A stretch of 61,578 nt of DNA, filler included, from Globobulimina sp. (Eukaryota), in NCBI GenBank assembly GCA_003354225.1. It is 21 parts of 21 records of this genome, joined end to end, with 100 filler letters (N's around TTAATTAATTAA, not from the genome) between each part and the next. Parts side by side here need not be neighbours in the genome. Positions count along the whole stretch, not along the records: positions 47,004 to 49,839 come from PIVH01004686.1; positions 49,940 to 52,774 come from PIVH01004687.1; positions 52,875 to 55,709 come from PIVH01004688.1; positions 55,810 to 58,644 come from PIVH01004689.1; 17 more parts are not named here. One strand, written 5' to 3'. Shown piece after piece: positions 46,904 to 58,644 of this stretch. How positions within the stretch are numbered: position 1 is the first letter of the stretch; each line of letters opens with the position of its first letter. The notes below the pieces were generated by a model, which did not search any database, had not been told where the DNA came from, and saw only the letters and a program-made list of their open reading frames with translations. Made by a program: the position numbers and the translations under genes.

Positions 46904-47003
46904 NNNNNNNNNNNNNNNNNNNNNNNNNNNNNNNNNNNNNNNNNNNNTTAATTAATTAANNNNNNNNNNNNNNNNNNNNNNNNNNNNNNNNNNNNNNNNN
47001 NNN

Positions 47004-48832
47004 TGATTTATACACAGCGCAAAACAAGGAATAACATGTTGCTTTGGAAAAATTATCTGTTTAATCGGTATATTATTCAACTGCGCTGCCATTAATTTCT
47101 TACATTGAAACAAATTAATTTTACAATCAATATTTGATAAAAATAACCATTCGATCGATGCTGGGATTAATAATGTAATATTCAATGTATTTAACAACTC
47201 AATTCTTAACGCATTAATATCAATATTCTCATTTCGTTGTTGTACACATTTTAGCAACAAGCCCACCATTTGAATAAATCCGCTTTTCTTCATCGTACAT
47301 TTAAAAGATAACAACGATCCGTTTCCATCACTGGAGCCAATATGACATAAAATATCATTTATTATCTTCCATTCTAATAAATTATTAGCGATTATTTTAT
47401 ATACTTTCAATATTTTATTGATCAACAAATCATATCTCGTATTAGTTTTACCTTATTCCAGCAAAAAATAAGAAGTCACTTTCTAACCAAAATGCATTTA
47501 AATCCATTTAAATGTGCATGAATTATAGAATTTAAATGCATTTTGCTTATATTTAGTTGTGTGACCACTGACCAGGTTATGAATAAACTTCTTATTTTCG
47601 ACGGAACCTTTTTTATTTTTATTATACTCCATATATACCGGATCGTGCTGGATTAATTTCTCATAAATTTGCTTGTAATGTTGATAATTATTTGCCAACG
47701 AAAAGGAAATATTAATCAATTCAAAGTATTGCAAGTTTGGAAATCTGTTACAAGATAAACATAAATATGGATTATCTAAAAAAATACATTTATCAATGCA
47801 TAATATTATGCAATTAACAAATGTTGGATAACAATTTTGTATTCGATGTATAGCATCACACGAAATCAATGTTAATTTATAAATGCCTTTGCAGGATCTA
47901 TCAATAATGGACAAAATCAAATCCTTTTCTTGCTGTTTGCTCTCACCTTGCAAACAAAGGCCCAGCTCACTCTCAAAATGTTTATTTGTCAATGATAATT
48001 GCTTGGGTTTCAGTTTGCGAGTATGAGTATTTTGTGTATCTGACAAAATTGACAATGTCCATTCTTTGATGCCAAAATAAGGAATCTCGCGGATGTCCTT
48101 AATGTCTGTTATTTTCTTAATGTAAATATTGCGGTTATTTGATTTATTTATTATGCCATTATTAGGCGGTATGAATTCAATTAAACCGTTTTCAAAGTTG
48201 ATAATCAATAATAAATACTGGTATTTCTTGTACAAGTCAATATTATCTAAAATGCAAATGTTATATGACGATTCATTATAAATTTTGGCGGTTTTGTCAT
48301 AGAATATTAAATAATTAAAATATTTACAAACTAGTGAGATTTTGTATGCATATTCTCGCCCTGGAACATAACTTATTATTTTGGTGCATAAATCCGTGGA
48401 TAAAATCTCGTTTAATGGCGCTAAGGAGAAATATAATGAACGTATTCGCGAATATCCGTCTGAGAATTCTTCCATGTAAATACACGTTTTTGTTATGGTT
48501 TCGGTGGTGGTGCCGTTGGAGGCCATATGGCGTAATGTCTCTGTTGAGGATGAAAAGTTATTATTATTATTTTCTGGCTCTGATTCAGACTCGCTCTCTC
48601 CTTGGGAGTCCCCAAACATGTGAGGACTGACACGGTTAACTTTCTTTTTATTTTGTTGGTTATTGGCGACTTGATAATAATGATCCAGCAATGCTAGTAA
48701 ATCATATTGCAATTGTTTGAATGTTAACAACTTCTCTATAAACACTGTCAGTTCTGATATGGTTGTGCTTGAAGCTAGCTTCTTTGCGACGAACTCGTAC
48801 ATATCTTCCATGTCAACTACAGGAGTTTCCAT
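47004..48832 (-). CDS. Hypothetical F-box/LRR-like protein, probably spliced near 47450-47565, 3' truncated
   Basis: Two long ORFs on the same strand. F-box-like LNEILSTDLCTKIISY and LRR-like FPNLQYFEL. Confidence 0.5.
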
Positions 48833-48885
48833 GTTGCAAACAAAAACTCACCGGAAAAAAAAAAACTGTACTTTAGTCATTTATA

Positions 48886-49777
48886 ATGTCAACGATGCAG
48901 ATGTTAACGCTATTAATATCAACACTTATTATCCAGCATAATCTAGCTCGAATACCCCCAACCTCATCGACTGCAACTTCCGAACAATATACATTTACTG
49001 TAAACTCAACAACATTTCAAAATGGTAATATCACCTGTCACAAATCATTATGCAACATCATATGTGACAAACCGAGCGGATGTGCAGCCCTCACAATCAA
49101 TGCAAATCAATCCGATATGTTAACGTTAAGCTGTTCCCAGACCGAATCATGCAGAAATTTAATAATTTCAGCCGGTGCCCAAGTATCAACCAATATACAA
49201 TGCGCAGCCGCCTCAGCTTGTTCTGCTGCAGTTTTTGATATAAATTCTGGATTCGTCGATATTTCCTGCAGTCATCCATCAGCAACATCCTCTTCCGCAG
49301 CAGCCTGCGGATATACATCTATTAACGCAGCAAAATCAAGTAACGTCTCAGTTTCTTGTGCCTCGGACTGGTCGTGTTATCAAATGGACTTACACTGTCC
49401 ACTAAATAATGGCAAATGTAATGTCGAATGCGATGCGTATGTGACCTATTCCTGCGGTTATATTGCCATATTTACGCCAAATGAAAAAACCATCGATATC
49501 CGATGTGGTACGGGTTCCAACACATGTTTAGGCACAGATGTGTATTGTGGGAATACTGTCTTGTCGCCAAAGTCTGATTTGATGTATGATACTACGGGTA
49601 CACAATGGGAATGCGCGTCTGATGATTGTTGCCCTTTCTATGCGGGGAAAATAAGCTGTCCAGGAATTGTAGCGATCTGTGATATTGATTGTACGTCCAG
49701 GAATTGCAGGAATTATTTGATTGATGGGTCAAATGTGCAGCAACAATTTACTGTGGCTTGCAGTGCTCAAAATGGAG
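48886..49777 (+). CDS. Secreted Cys-rich repeat protein, first exon
   Basis: Signal peptide; repeated I.C....SC units; probable splice donor GGAG/GTATAT at 49778. Confidence 0.75.
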
Positions 49778-49939
49778 GTATATGTGTATATAGTCTGCAT
49801 ATATTGCGTGAGGGCAAAAACATATAATATTAAGGTTGTNNNNNNNNNNNNNNNNNNNNNNNNNNNNNNNNNNNNNNNNNNNNTTAATTAATTAANNNNN
49901 NNNNNNNNNNNNNNNNNNNNNNNNNNNNNNNNNNNNNNN

Positions 49940-51031
49940 TGACGAATAATGTAAAAATATATGATCAATTTGTGTTTTTGGATTGTTTGCAGGCCACGTA
50001 TCACCGTCTACACATTGAATTAATTTGGCAGATAAATATTGTATTGGTGATGCAAAAGGTGGCAAATTCAAATCTCCAGCAATCACTAAACCGCGGAAAT
50101 TATTATCATTAGTTTCATTGTTTACTATATCTTTGCAAAAATCCAGCAACAAACGAGCTTGATACCAACTACGAATAAAAACATTATATTTATATTTGTA
50201 TGCCCAAAAAAAGTGTAAATATATAGGTAACTTCTCATCAAAAGTTAAATCATTTTGAAAATGCGTACATATCATCCATATAAACGGGTTTCCAGTGGTT
50301 TCCCTGCGAGTGTGGCTGTATATGGCTGATACATCCAATTTAACAGCAATAGCTTTCCGCAGATTTCTTCCAATCCAATGTGGATATTCACATAACTTTT
50401 CGTCTAAAATTGGATATTTTGTAGCAATCGTAATACCATAAAAACCATTTCCTAACATTGCATATTGTGCTCGTGTTACAATATTTTTTGTATATTGCAA
50501 ATTACAGAAATCAGCAATATCATCATTCTGATTTCCTGGATATCGCTCCGATTCCCATTCTGCTTCTTGCATGCATAGAATATCAACATTGTTATCTTTA
50601 ACTACACTTTTAATTCGATCAAAATTTAATTCACCATCCATACCAACACCACTTTGTGTATTATAACTCATAATACGTATTGCTGTTGCATCTGGTTTAG
50701 TAGTTTTGGTTGTATTTGTCGATAAATTTGTATTATTTCTGCAAATACATTTGAAACATTTCATAAACATTGCGATTATTAATTCATTAGTAAACAATAG
50801 AAAAATAAAAGGAATGCAGATTATTGATAGTAGCGAATATAACAATATTATCACCAAATCACAACAAGATTTTTTTGAATGTGTGTAATGATATAATTCA
50901 AAGCGAATTAATATTGTACCAATAATCCATCGTAGTAACGTTAATCTGTATATACTATCAATAAAAAAACAAAAGCAAATCATGACGCAGAAGGTTTTGT
51001 TTTGGACACAGTTTTTATCACAAATGTTCAA
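49940..51031 (-). CDS. Endonuclease/exonuclease/phosphatase (EEP) protein with N-terminal TM helices; probable 63-bp intron 50231-50169
   Basis: SYNTQSG.G.DG, LCMQE, CTHF, AGDLN, IDHIF. The AT-rich stop-free GT-AG segment sits in frame. Confidence 0.85.
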
Positions 51032-51217
51032 GTAAAAATTTCCGAAAATTTTGCAGCAAAAAATTCTTTTATTTTTCCTGTTTCAAGTTAATGCCAACCT
51101 GAAACAGTACTACTAGTTTCAAGAATATTCCAATCTGAAATTGACGCTAACCAACATTCTTCAAAAACACAATTAAATTTGGTGTAAATCAGTCCATATC
51201 ACCATCCACTTTTCCCT

Positions 51218-52288
51218 ATGGCATTACCCAGTTTTTTTTACGCGTATTCATCATTATTAGCATTACCCCCATCGGGATGTTTGATTTATTTTATTTTACA
51301 ACTAATCATCATCAGCAAAAGTGAAAGAAAATTCGTTGACAAAAAAGCGTTGTTTTTTTTATTAACCACATATATGAGCGGATGTTTATGCGGCCTCATC
51401 GGCTATTCCTTACATATTATACCCAATACATACTGGTGTGAATCCACCATCGGTGCTGGTTTTTGTTTCGCTTTTTTAGGAGGAACAAAGTCTTCGTTAT
51501 ATTGCGTTTTCTTGCGAAGAGCAAAAAGTACAGTCATTCATCAATTTAACTCATCAAAATTGAAAGAAATCATCTTCGACAAAGTCATACCGACTTATTT
51601 ATTACTTTATTTTTTAGTGTATTGCAGTATGACCACATTATTTTTTAAATTGAAACATTACGATTTAGCCGACGACGCAAATGGTTTTGATGTTAAGTCC
51701 GGAACTGTGTCATTTTGTGCCTTCAAAACATGGGAATCCTATTTTGTAATCACCACCGCTTCTGTCGATTTGATAAATTCTATCATAGCAACACTTGCAT
51801 TCGTCATCCCGCTATGTAAGATAATGAGATTAGTCAAGATCCGCGATCGAGAAATCACAAACTCGATGAAATGGGATGTGGTCTTAACGTTCATTGCCAC
51901 CATATCGAGTGCGGTCTCGCTAGCTATGCTCAACCCAATGACTGGAGGTTGGATGTGGTGCTTTTGTTTGGCCGATCCATTTATAAATAGTTCGTGCTGT
52001 TTTTTTATGATGGGAATAAATCGCGAATTTATGGGAAGCTGCGCCTGTAATGCTGCTGCCATAGAAGCACAGAATAATATTAATGTGATTGATTTGTCGC
52101 TACGGCAAAGCAAAAATGATAATTACAAAGCAAATGCAAGTACAGCTACAAAAAGCGAAAATAAATCAATGCCGACTATCCCTACTGTACAAAGTACAGT
52201 TTCTGCAGGTTCTACAGTTGCTGATTCGACACAAAATGGTCAACAGACAACAGAAAAATCAGCAGGAACAAAAATAATAATAAAATGA
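51218..52288 (+). CDS. Divergent 7TM (GPCR-like) protein
   Basis: Seven hydrophobic helices, Cys at the top of TM3 and in ECL2, DPFIN in TM7, Ser/Thr-rich tail. Confidence 0.78.
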   Translation: MALPSFFYAYSSLLALPPSGCLIYFILQLIIISKSERKFVDKKALFFLLTTYMSGCLCGLIGYSLHIIPNTYWCESTIGAGFCFAFLGGTKSSLYCVFLRRAKSTVIHQFNSSKLKEIIFDKVIPTYLLLYFLVYCSMTTLFFKLKHYDLADDANGFDVKSGTVSFCAFKTWESYFVITTASVDLINSIIATLAFVIPLCKIMRLVKIRDREITNSMKWDVVLTFIATISSAVSLAMLNPMTGGWMWCFCLADPFINSSCCFFMMGINREFMGSCACNAAAIEAQNNINVIDLSLRQSKNDNYKANASTATKSENKSMPTIPTVQSTVSAGSTVADSTQNGQQTTEKSAGTKIIIK

Positions 52289-52554
52289 CAAAAATAAAAT
52301 ACATTTTGTGTGTTTGTTAATTTGTGTGTGTGTGTTTTGTTAATTTGTGTGTCTCTTTGCGTTATTCCAAATAAGTGTATTTGGAATGTCTCCTCTCTTT
52401 TGTTTGTTAACTTTGTTTTTGTTTTAGTCAATTGTTTCTTTTGTACCTGTATAGTAGACAAATATATTTACTCATTCTACTTTTTCTCTTTGTAGTTTGT
52501 GAGAACCTAATATTTTGTATAAAAATAAAAATAGCACATAGTAAGTATACCGGT

Positions 52555-52676
52555 CAAAACAAAACACATTATAAAACAAGATAAAACATGGTAAAACATA
52601 TTATAAAACATAACAAAACACATTGTAAAACATGATGAAACAATAAAAAACATATTGTAAAACAACATAAAACACA
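52555..52676 (+). repeat. Degenerate AAAACA minisatellite
   Basis: About 11 (T)AAAACA units at roughly 10-12 bp spacing. Confidence 0.75.
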
Positions 52677-52677
52677 T

Positions 52678-52774
52678 TTGACTTTTTAGGCTTAAACTTC
52701 TAAACACTTCTTTTGTGATTGGTAAGGTTTTTGGGTTAGCTAGAGTGGTTTTCAACTTTGAATACTAGGATTCG
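52678..52774 (+). repeat. Interspersed repeat, copy 1
   Basis: 52678-52756 matches 61451-61529 at 74/79 positions. Confidence 0.92.
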
Positions 52775-52874
52775 NNNNNNNNNNNNNNNNNNNNNNNNNN
52801 NNNNNNNNNNNNNNNNNNTTAATTAATTAANNNNNNNNNNNNNNNNNNNNNNNNNNNNNNNNNNNNNNNNNNNN

Positions 52875-53331
52875 CGATCGCAACCTTAATAATTATCGGA
52901 ATCAACTTATGTCAGCACCTACAGGTAGATAAATTCATGGGCTTTCAGGAAATGTATAGTTTGTTATGGCCAGATTTCAGCAGTGCATAGGCTGTCAGGC
53001 CTTCTAAAGCACAGGGGAAATTCAGTAAATTCACACCCTGCTTCAACTCGGTATGTGGACAAACCGTACTGGCAGTATATTCAAAAGATACGTCCGACAG
53101 GGCATAAACCATCCATGCCTCTCCATATCCATAGGTAGAGTCCTTCAATCCTAATGTTAAGCCGTAATCCGAATCGAAGTCGCCTGTGGCCGTGTCGATG
53201 AAAACCTGGTCCAATAGCGCCTGTGAGGCCGCTCTTGCCTTGTTTGCCGTGTTAAATACCAAATTAAAGGATCCGTCTATCTTGAATACGCTGTTTGCAG
53301 AGCCATCCTTAAATTCCACGTTGTAATATAG
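52875..53331 (-). other. Bacterial-type coding fragments (PEP-CTERM-like domain), probably chimeric
   Basis: YNVEFKDGS..A.AASQALLDQVF.D..G.FDS resembles bacterial secreted PEP-CTERM proteins (from memory). Higher GC, no proper start, joined to eukaryotic sequence. Confidence 0.55.
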
Positions 53332-53351
53332 CCTAACGAGTAGCCCGTAGA

Positions 53352-53520
53352 CTAATCGGCGACAATGAATCGCAGATTAGGAACTGCTCTTCGGTATGAA
53401 CGAGTTGTGTGTTCGGCTTAGCTTAGCCTACCGATCAGCAGATCAGCGGGTGCCCTTCAGCTCAGATCTCAAATCGTGTACTCTAATACACCATAGGGTT
53501 GTCACGAAAAGTCCTTTTCG
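53352..53520 (+). ncRNA. Candidate structured RNA or element terminus, family unknown
   Basis: Nested and consecutive stems: CTAATC/GATTAG, CTGCT/AGCAG enclosing TCGGTA/TACCGA with two hairpins, GTGTA/TACAC, CGAAAA/TTTTCG. No ORF. Confidence 0.4.
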
Positions 53521-53665
53521 ATAAAGATACAACAAACCCAATGCAAAGCTATAGCAAACCGTTTATGTATTTAATTTGATAAAATTATAGCTAAATTATT
53601 CACACTCAACAACTATCGATTAAATTAGTATCTCATCCAAGAGTGGATAAAATATACAATAAAAA

Positions 53666-54232
53666 TCAAATGGTTTCTGTACTTATGGTCTCGAAAGAAG
53701 TCCGATCACTAAAACCATCCCATAACATTCGTGAAACGCCAGTTGCATCGCTTGAAGCAGAAGCAATACTTGTTTTATGTGCGCCATCTTGCACACTAAG
53801 AGTATTATGCGTGTTGCTACCATTATAATTTTCAGTTTGTTCCATTGGTCGTGGCATTTCAGAGAGATCCGTCAGTTTCGATGCATCGGATAAGTTATGA
53901 TTTCTTGTTTGATTGTAATATTTATTTACATGTATATTCCCTTGTGAATCTAACATATTCTCCTCTGACACTCCTTGCACATTATTTAATACTGATGGCT
54001 GTTGTGGCAGTCCGCCATTATCTTCTTGTATTGGTTGGGTCAAAGTAATTATTGGCGATATTTTCGAATTGTGGTTACCTCCACCGTATGGCCCGAATCC
54101 TCCCACACTCATTGTTGGGATTTCTGTAACTACAGATTTGTCGATTGGTTTATCCTCTTTTTCCTCGGCATCAAACATTTGTTCCTTTTCTGAGTTTTCA
54201 ATCGGTTCTGTTGTGCTCTGTACGCAACCCAT
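53666..54232 (-). CDS. Small disordered protein with N-acylation motif
   Basis: MGCVQS start (Gly2, Cys3, Ser6) and low-complexity body. Confidence 0.65.
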   Translation of the reverse strand: MGCVQSTTEPIENSEKEQMFDAEEKEDKPIDKSVVTEIPTMSVGGFGPYGGGNHNSKISPIITLTQPIQEDNGGLPQQPSVLNNVQGVSEENMLDSQGNIHVNKYYNQTRNHNLSDASKLTDLSEMPRPMEQTENYNGSNTHNTLSVQDGAHKTSIASASSDATGVSRMLWDGFSDRTSFETISTETI

Positions 54233-54316
54233 TATCTTCAACAGTATGTAATGCTTACTTGAGTTTTTGTAGCAACGACTCACAAAATGTCAGACAGAAA
54301 ACAAAAGGCGCATTTA

Positions 54317-55330
54317 TCATTTAAAAATTTCCCTCACATCAATTTTCCAGTGACCACCGTTGCAAATTAGGTGAACATATTCTGTGGACAGCCACGAAAT
54401 TAACAAATTTATCAAATCCTTTGATAACAATTGCATTCCAATAGACCTTAAAAATCCGTAAACCAATAACTCATTGCATTGTTGTGGACTCATAATAACA
54501 CAATCAAATCTATCGTGTGTAGGGCACACTATATTACTTTTTGTGATGCTCCAATCATTTAAATTCAATATATAAATATCATCAATTTTGTCCTCTCTGC
54601 TGTACCTGCGATATTGACCCTTTCCTTGATCGATAGTACCACCAAATAACAAAATGAATGTCTCATCGCAGGTCAATACATGACCGATGTTACACATTGG
54701 GAGCGGCAACTTTGTCGGCAATAATTTCCAAGTTTTATCTTTCACAAAATAACAATAGATAGTATTCAATTTCTTATATGCCCCACATGCTTTGCCGCCA
54801 ATCAATCAAGCAATGTCTTTGGAAGGAACATAAATCAATGTACTCCTCATCATGCCTTTATTGTTAAACTCTGGAAATGTATACAAATTTAAAAATTTCT
54901 TTGTTTTTTGATCCCATTTACAATGTTTATTACTTCCTTCACCAACAACAACATGAAATTCACCATTTATTAACACAGAAACTGGATAATATAAAATATT
55001 TGGATGAGCATTATCATATTGAGTGACATTCAACGCATTAAAATCGAATATAAGCAATGCTTTACTCTTTCCCAGTACATATAATAATCGTTTTTGACGG
55101 TTATACGAAGCTGTATGAAATGATGAAGAATAATTCTTTGGAAATGGTATGGTCTCTGTCCATTTATCGGTCATTGTATTGTATTTTGACAAACAATTAT
55201 GATTTTTTGTTCTTTCAGTAATATTCCATGGAACTTTTGTGAATTCATGATTGGATGTTGAGATGAGGTCTGCCGGATGCTCGTTGTTATTTGGTTCTAA
55301 CTTAAGCCATGCTGTAGTGGAAGAAGCCAT
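54317..55330 (-). pseudogene. Kelch-type beta-propeller gene with one in-frame TGA (54808-54806)
   Basis: The two track ORFs are in the same frame: SKDIA*LIGG. Kelch GG...Y....W motifs occur on both sides. Confidence 0.75.
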
Positions 55331-55388
55331 TTTTTCGTATTTTTCTGCAGTATTTAGCTTGCTCTGTCAGACAGCTTGAAAAAACAGA

Positions 55389-55709
55389 ATGGGATCAAAC
55401 TGTTCCCAGTTTGAAGAAAAAAAAAATGAAAGTCCAAATGAAACGCATTATGATTACACAAAGGGGACGGTATGGTCTCAAAAAAGAAATCATCAAACCT
55501 GCATTATAAGGAACACACCATTTTGTATTGGGAAGTATATCTATTATTTGACTGATCATCAACACGGAGAGAATGGAATTGTTGTTTACGACACTAAATC
55601 AAATAAATTTGAAACACTCGCTATCTATACACACCAACCGGTCTCATTTACGCCGTGTTTTCATTCTTATACCTATCACAATGGTAAAATATATACTATC
55701 TCAGGTGCT
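55389..55709 (+). CDS. Kelch-like protein with MGSNCS myristoylation motif, 3' truncated
   Basis: IVVYDTKSNKF, HSYTYHNGKIYTISG. Confidence 0.65.
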
Positions 55710-55809
55710 NNNNNNNNNNNNNNNNNNNNNNNNNNNNNNNNNNNNNNNNNNNNTTAATTAATTAANNNNNNNNNNNNNNNNNNNNNNNNNNNNNNNNNNN
55801 NNNNNNNNN

Positions 55810-58644
55810 ACAGCCAGAAGCTTTATTTAAAACCAATGACGGACTGTTAATAGCTCAGCCAGATGTGAGTCGGCAACAATATTATAATATCGAATATGAT
55901 GATGTCATAAAAAGCAATAAAGCCCAACCACAATATCAAAAAAGAAATTCAACTGCAAATATAAATATTAATACATCCATCATATCGCAATTATGGAATG
56001 AAAGTGAGAATTCCACTGATGATTGTTCCACAGATTCAAGTCTCGACTCCGACGATGATGACGATGTGGATTGGAAATGCTGTGGACATAATATCTCATT
56101 TTTAAACGAATACAATGACCAAAAACTAATCGACAATAATAACTACAGCAGTTTTAACCCACAATTTAAACAAAAGCAAGCTAAAAAAGCAAGCAATAAC
56201 ACTCACAAACTACGCGGCCATAACCATCACCATAATAATCTTTGCAACAACGGATTAGATGCGTTTTTAAGCGATATTTTGGAAGAAACCTATCATAAAA
56301 AAAGAAACGAAGCCATCTTATTATCCATGCAACGTCAAAATAAATCGCATATTACATCCACTCAAAATAACCCCTCCCAACAAATGAACGAAAAACAAAA
56401 CCATATTTCATCCTCATTCTCCTCCTCTCATCACTGCAAATTATGCACCCGCTGCCATCACATCTTCATCAATCCCAAAAAAAGAATAAATCAAATATTA
56501 CAATTATACCACATCGAAAGGCACTTAATCCACCAAAACCCGCCAAACCAGCAAAACAAACAAGAAACACAGGGCAGACCCGCCAGTAAAGCCATATTTT
56601 ACCCATCAATCACCACCAAATTGTTCGATTTCTCCTTCGCCGGCCATCAGCAATACAAATACAAATACATCCGGAAACACATAAATCTGCCCAATATCTA
56701 CGCCATCATCGACAATTGCATCATCTCCGACCATTCCTTGATCACTCTCTCCACCGTCAACAAATTCAACCGCGCCATTCTGGGCTCGCAATACCGTAAA
56801 CTCTTCATCATGTACCAATTATTGCAGTTATTCAGCTATCTCCACAACCAATACCACCTCGTACACGGCCACTTGTCCCCGTCCCTGATCTGCATCAATC
56901 CGCACAATCTATTAATTACCGTCACCGGCTGGTTCATTCACAACAACCAACGAAGCACCAACAACCGCATCAACACTGACAACGCACACATTCAACAATT
57001 GCTATCCCGCACCAACATCCCCCACAACCCGTCGCCATTATTGCTGCAGCAACGGAACCCACAGCGGTATAAACAAGACGTCACCGCTCAGTCGGAGCTG
57101 TTACGCAGTATCATTTACCGCTGGATCCATCGCGAGATCTCCAACTTTGAGTATGTGCTCGAATTGAATAAGTTATGTGGACGGATGAAGGGCGACCCCT
57201 TCAACCATCCGGTATTGCCGTGGGTCGTTGACTTTACTTCGCGTGACGGCGTCAACAACATCGGCTGGCGCGATTTGACCAAATCGAAATTCAGGTTAAC
57301 CAAAGGCGACCATCAGATTGATCATACTTTCTTGTTCTCGCCGCAGCCGCATCACATCACGGAGGTGCTGTCGTCGTTGACGTATTTCTTGTATTTGGCC
57401 AGACGAACGCCACAATATATATTGCAGAAAGCAGTTCGATCGCGGTTTGAGCCCAAAGAGTATCCCATTTCCATCGCGAAACTGTATCAATGTGTGCCCG
57501 AAGAGTGCATACCGGAATTTTACTGCGATGAGATGATATTTGAATCGATGATTAATAATCTGCCCAATTTGCAGATCCCTGCTTGGTTAATTTATTTGTT
57601 TTTTGATTGGTTGCTTTTGTGTATTTCAACAATAAATTTTATTTTTTTTGGAGAAATATGAGAACAAAAAAATATTTTTTTACGATTTAAATAGGTGCGA
57701 CTCGCCCCGGCAATTTATACAATGGCATCGACGCAAACTGGAATCCAAACAAGTGAGCGAGAATTTGCATTTGTGGATTGATTTAAATTTCGGGTACAGA
57801 CTGGGACAATGTAACAATAAATACATCTTCGGATACAACAATTGTGCGCCATGCGTCTCCCCCATCCAAGCCGCCATAAATTGTAAGAATATCCCTTTAC
57901 AGTTTGATCCGTTGTTGGCGAGACATTGCGGAGTGATTCAATTGTTTAATCAGCCCCATCCACCGCAGATATCGCAGTATAATAAGATCTATAATCCGTT
58001 ATTGGATCAGAATTGTCTGTGTTTGGCACAATCTATGCAGATCCAACGGCGTATTGTAGAGTTTGGGAATGAGTTTTTAAAGTTGTATGTTTGTAGCAGT
58101 TCGCCGGAATCATTAGGCTTTGTATTGACAGATAAAGACAACACGTTATCATTCAAACAGAATACAAATATGACTATACCGCCCAATCTAAATAATAATA
58201 TCAGCCCAAACCGGCGATTACAGCCTAAATCCGCACTGAAAACACCATCGATACCCAAAAGTCCCCGATCACCCGCGATAAAATCAGGTGATAAACGTGC
58301 AAAATCCTTCAATAAACACCAAAATGAAGCACAAAATCACTCCCTGCCGATATTTGAAGAGAAACTTGACATTGAAGGTGGAGAAACTATCGATTTGAAA
58401 GCATTATCATTAAAAACACGCAATAAGACACCGGTACCACCGGTGGGCAAAGAGAAAAGTTCCACGGATCAAAATCTAAGTTATTTTGCCTATGATGCCT
58501 CCGGCCATGGATATGTCGGGTATTTGAATGAAGATTCACGTAAACGAGTCGGTATAATCTCACCTGAGACACATTACGCCAATGCAAAAGATGATATATT
58601 CTCATTAGGCTGCATAATGGCGTCTGTATTTACAGGTAAATCCT
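55810..58644 (+). CDS. WDR81/LvsG-like BEACH protein with kinase-like segments (intron 57586-57694), partial
   Basis: KLFIMYQLL..LH...HGHL; W..REISNFEY..LN..GR..DP..HPVLPWVVDF; WRDLTKSKFRLTKGD; PEECIPEFY; LHLWIDLNFGY; DDIFSLGC. Confidence 0.9.

Noticed and set aside
53331..53417. Integron attC site (GCCTAAC ... GTTCGGC)
   Set aside because: The core is imperfect, internal pairing is not one symmetric hairpin with L boxes, and no cassette ORF or integrase is adjacent.
53443..53475. LSU rRNA 5' end (ACCCGCTGA on the minus strand)
   Set aside because: The highly conserved AYTTAAGCAT that should follow is absent.
54806..54808. Alternative genetic code (TGA reassigned)
   Set aside because: TGA, TAA and TAG all terminate genes at expected positions in this window.
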